From: Mobula hypostoma
Taxonomy: Eukaryota
Direction of reading: 5' to 3'
NCBI RefSeq assembly: GCF_963921235.1
Contig: NC_086098.1
Span: 1,612,001-1,676,000, forward strand
DNA length: 64,000 nucleotides
Part shown: piece by piece, positions 60,708 through 64,000 of the stretch
How the letters are laid out: each line of letters begins with the position of its first letter
Position numbering within the stretch: the stretch's first letter is position 1
Translations under genes and position numbers: made by a program
The notes under the pieces: generated by a model
The model's database searches: none
What the model was told of the DNA's origin: nothing
The model's input: only the letters and a program-made list of their open reading frames with translations

Positions 60708-63145
60708 ATGGTTTGAGATGTGTCAATTTTAATGCGAGGAGTATTGTGAATAAAGCAGATGAGCTTAGAGCCTCGATCAGCACTTGGAGCTATGATGTTG
60801 TGGCCATTACAGAGACTTGGATGGTGCAGGGGCAGGAAAGACTACATCAAGTTCCAGGCTTTAGATGTTTCAGAAAGGACATGGAGGGAGGCAAAAGAGG
60901 TGGGGGTGTGGCACAGTTGATCAGAGATAGTGTCACGGCTGCAGAAAAGGAGGAAGTCATGGATGAGTTGTCTATGAAGTCTCTGTGGGTGGAGGTTAGG
61001 AATAGGAAGGGGTCAATAACTCTACTGGGTGTTTTTTATCGACCAACCAATAGTAACAGGGACATTGAGGAACAGACAGGGAGACAGATACTGGAAAGGA
61101 GTAATAATAACAGGGTTGTTGTGGTGGGAGATTTTAATTTCCCAAATATTGATTGGCATCTCCTTACATTGAGGAGTTCAGATGGGGTGGAATTTGTTAG
61201 GTGTGTTCAGGAAGGTTTCTTGAAACAATATGTAGATAAGCCTGCAAGAGGAAAGACTGTACTTGATCTGGTATTGGAAAATGAACTTGGTCAGGCGTCA
61301 GGTCTCTCAGTGGGAATGCATTTTGGAGATAGTGATCACAATTCTATTTCCTTTACCATAGTATTGGAGAGGGATAGGAACAGACAAGTGAGGGAAATGT
61401 TTAATTGGAGTAAGGGGAAATATGAGGCTATCAGGCAGGAACTTAGAAGCATAAGTTGGAAACAGATGTTCTTAGGGAAACATATGGAAGAAATGTGACA
61501 AATGTTCAAGGGATATTTGCGTGGGGTTCTGCGTAGATACATTCCAATGAGACAGGGGAAGAATGGCCAGGTATAGGAACCGTGGTCTACAAAGGCTGTT
61601 GTAAATCTAGTCAGGAAGAAAGGAAGAGCTTATGAAAGGTTCAAAAAACTAGGTAATGATAGAAATCTAGAAGATTATAAGGCTAGCAGGAAGGAGTTTA
61701 AGAATGAAATTAGGAGACCCAGGAGGGGTCATGAGAAGGCCTTGGTGGACAGGATTAAGGAAAACCCCAAGGCATTCCACAAGTATGTGAAGAGCTTGAG
61801 GATAAGATATGAGAATGGTGGAACAGACATGAGAGAAGTGTGACAGTGGAAAAGTGTGTATGGAACCGGAGGAGATGGCAGAGGTACTTAATGAATACTT
61901 TGGTTCAGTATTCACTATGGAAAAGGATCTTGGCGATTGTAGTGATGACTTACAGTGGACAGAAAGCTTGAGCATGTAGATATTAAGGAAGAGGATGTGG
62001 TGGAGCTTTTGGAAAGCATCAAGTTGGATAGGTCACCGGGACCGGATGAAGGCTACTGTGGGACGTGAGGGAGGAGATTTCTGAGGCTCTGGCGATGATC
62101 TTTGCATCATCAATGGGGACAGGAGAGGTTCCGGAGGATTGGAGGGTTGCGGATGTTGTTCTCTTACTTAAGAAAGGGAGTAGGGATAGCCCAGGAAATT
62201 ATAGACCTATGAGTCTTACTTCAGTTGTTGGTAAGTTGATGCAAAAGATCCTGAGAGGTAGGATTTATGAAGATTTAGAGAGGCATACTGCAATAAGGTT
62301 AGGAATATTTAGCATGGCTTTGTCAAAGGCAGGTCGTGCCTTATGGGCCTGATTGAATTTTTTGAGGGTGTGACTAAATACATTGATGAAGGTAGAGCCG
62401 TAGATAAAGTGTGTATTGATTTTAGCAAGGCATTTAACAAGGTACCCCATGCAAGGCTTATTGAGAAAGTAAGGAGGCATGGGATCCAAGGATACATTGC
62501 TTTGTGGATCCAGAACTGGCTTGCCCACAGGAGGCAAAGAGTGGTTGTAGATGGGTCATATTCTGCGTGGAGGCCGTTAGCCAGTGGTATGCCTCAGGGA
62601 TCTGTTCTGAGATTCCTACTCTTTGTGATTTTTATAAATAACCTAGATGAGGAAGTGGAGGGATGGGTTAGTAAATTTGCTGATGACACAAAGGTTGGGG
62701 TGTTGTGGATAGTGTGGAGGGCTATCAGAGGTTACAGCGGGACATTAATAGGATGCAAAACTGGGTTGACAAGTGCCAGATGGAGTTCAACCCAAATAAG
62801 TGTGAGGTGGTTCATTTTGGTAAGTCAAATATGATGGCAGAATATAAAATTAATGTCATGATTCTTGGTGAAGTGGAGGATCAGAAGGATCTTGGGGTCC
62901 AAGTCCATAAGACACTCAAAACTGCTACACAGGTTGACTCTGTGGTTAAGAAAGCATAAGAGGCATGGTATTCATCAAGTTTGAGAGCCGAGAGGTAATG
63001 TTGCAGCTATATCGGACCCTGGTCAGACCCGACTTGGAGTACTGTGCTCAATTCTGGTTGCCTCACTACAGGAAGGACATAGAAACCATAGAAAGGGTGC
63101 ACAGGAGATTTACAAAGATGTTGCCTGGATTGAGAGCATGCCTTA
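60708..63145 (+). mobile_element. CR1 ORF2 (APE + RT), decayed
   Basis: ORF 60698..61498 'NARSI', 'ITETW', 'GDFN', 'SDH'; RT ORFs 62065-63162. Confidence 0.92.
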
Positions 63146-63151
63146 GAAGAA

Positions 63152-64000
63152 AAAGACCATAAGACAAAGGAGCAGAAGTAGGCCATTCGGCCCATCGAGT
63201 CTGCTCCGCCATTTTATCATGAGCTGATCCATTTTCTCCTATTTAGTCCCACTCCCCCGCCCTCTCACCATAACCTTTGATGCCCTGGCTACTCAGATAC
63301 CTCTCAATCTCTGCCTTAAATACACCCAATGACTTGGCATCCACTGCTGCCTGTGGCAACAAATTCCATAGATTCACCATCCTCTGACTAAAAAAATTTC
63401 TTCGCATTTCCATTCTAAATGGGCGCCCTTCAATCCTTAAGTCATGCCCTCTTGTACTAGGTTCCCCCATCATGGGAAACAACTTTGCCACATCCACTCT
63501 GTCCATGCCTTTTAACATTTAAAATGTTTCTATGAGGTCTCCCCTCATTCTTCTAAACTCCAAGGAATACAGTCCAAGAGCGGACAAACGTTCCTTATAT
63601 GTTAACCCTCTCATTCCCGGAATCATTCTAGTGAGTCTTCTCTGTACCCTCTCCAACGTCAGCACATCCTTTCTTAAATAAGGAGACCAAAACTGCCCAC
63701 AGTACTCCAAGTGAGGGCTCACCCGCGCCTTATAGAGCCTCAACATCACATCCCTGCTCCTATACTCTATTCCTCTAGAAATGAATGCCAACATTGCATT
63801 CGCCTTCTTCACTACTGAATTAACCTGGAGGTTAACTTTAAGGGTATCCTGTACGAGGACTCCCAAGTCCCGTTGCATCTCAGAACTTTGAATTCTTTCC
63901 CCATTTAAATAATAGTCTGCCCATTTATTTTTTCTGCCAAAGTGCATAACCATACACTTTCCAACATTGTACTTCATTTGCCACTTCTCTGCCCATTCTT
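63152..64000 (-). mobile_element. CR1 subfamily C 3' part, runs off the window
   Basis: ORFs 63519..63977 and 63243..63518; near-identical to 29340-30190. Confidence 0.93.

Overview
Eukaryotic, almost entirely transposon-derived DNA. The repeat content (CR1 LINEs with 8-nt tandem tails, Rex1/Babar LINEs, HE1-like V-SINEs, Penelope elements) points to a cartilaginous fish, probably a ray (inference). No complete host gene, rRNA, tRNA or CRISPR array is visible; there is at most a short candidate exon at 12911-12961. Main structures: (1) a decayed HERO/NeSL-type retrotransposon with a restriction-like endonuclease (~8830-12205), whose 3' UTR holds all hammerhead-ribozyme core motifs in a non-circularly permuted, pseudoknotted order (12062-12179); (2) Penelope elements and pLTR fragments carrying minimal type-I hammerheads, three with intact cores; (3) an old minus-strand Gypsy element with both LTRs, PBS, PPT and target-site duplication (TSD), inflated to ~23 kb (32953-55882) by nested insertions five levels deep; (4) an inverted duplication of a composite junction between ~5.75-6.44 kb and ~60.05-60.71 kb; (5) many CR1, Rex1, L1, RTE-derived SINE-like and Tc1/Tigger MITE fragments. 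Boundaries were read by eye and are approximate unless a TSD is quoted. No database search or folding program was run.
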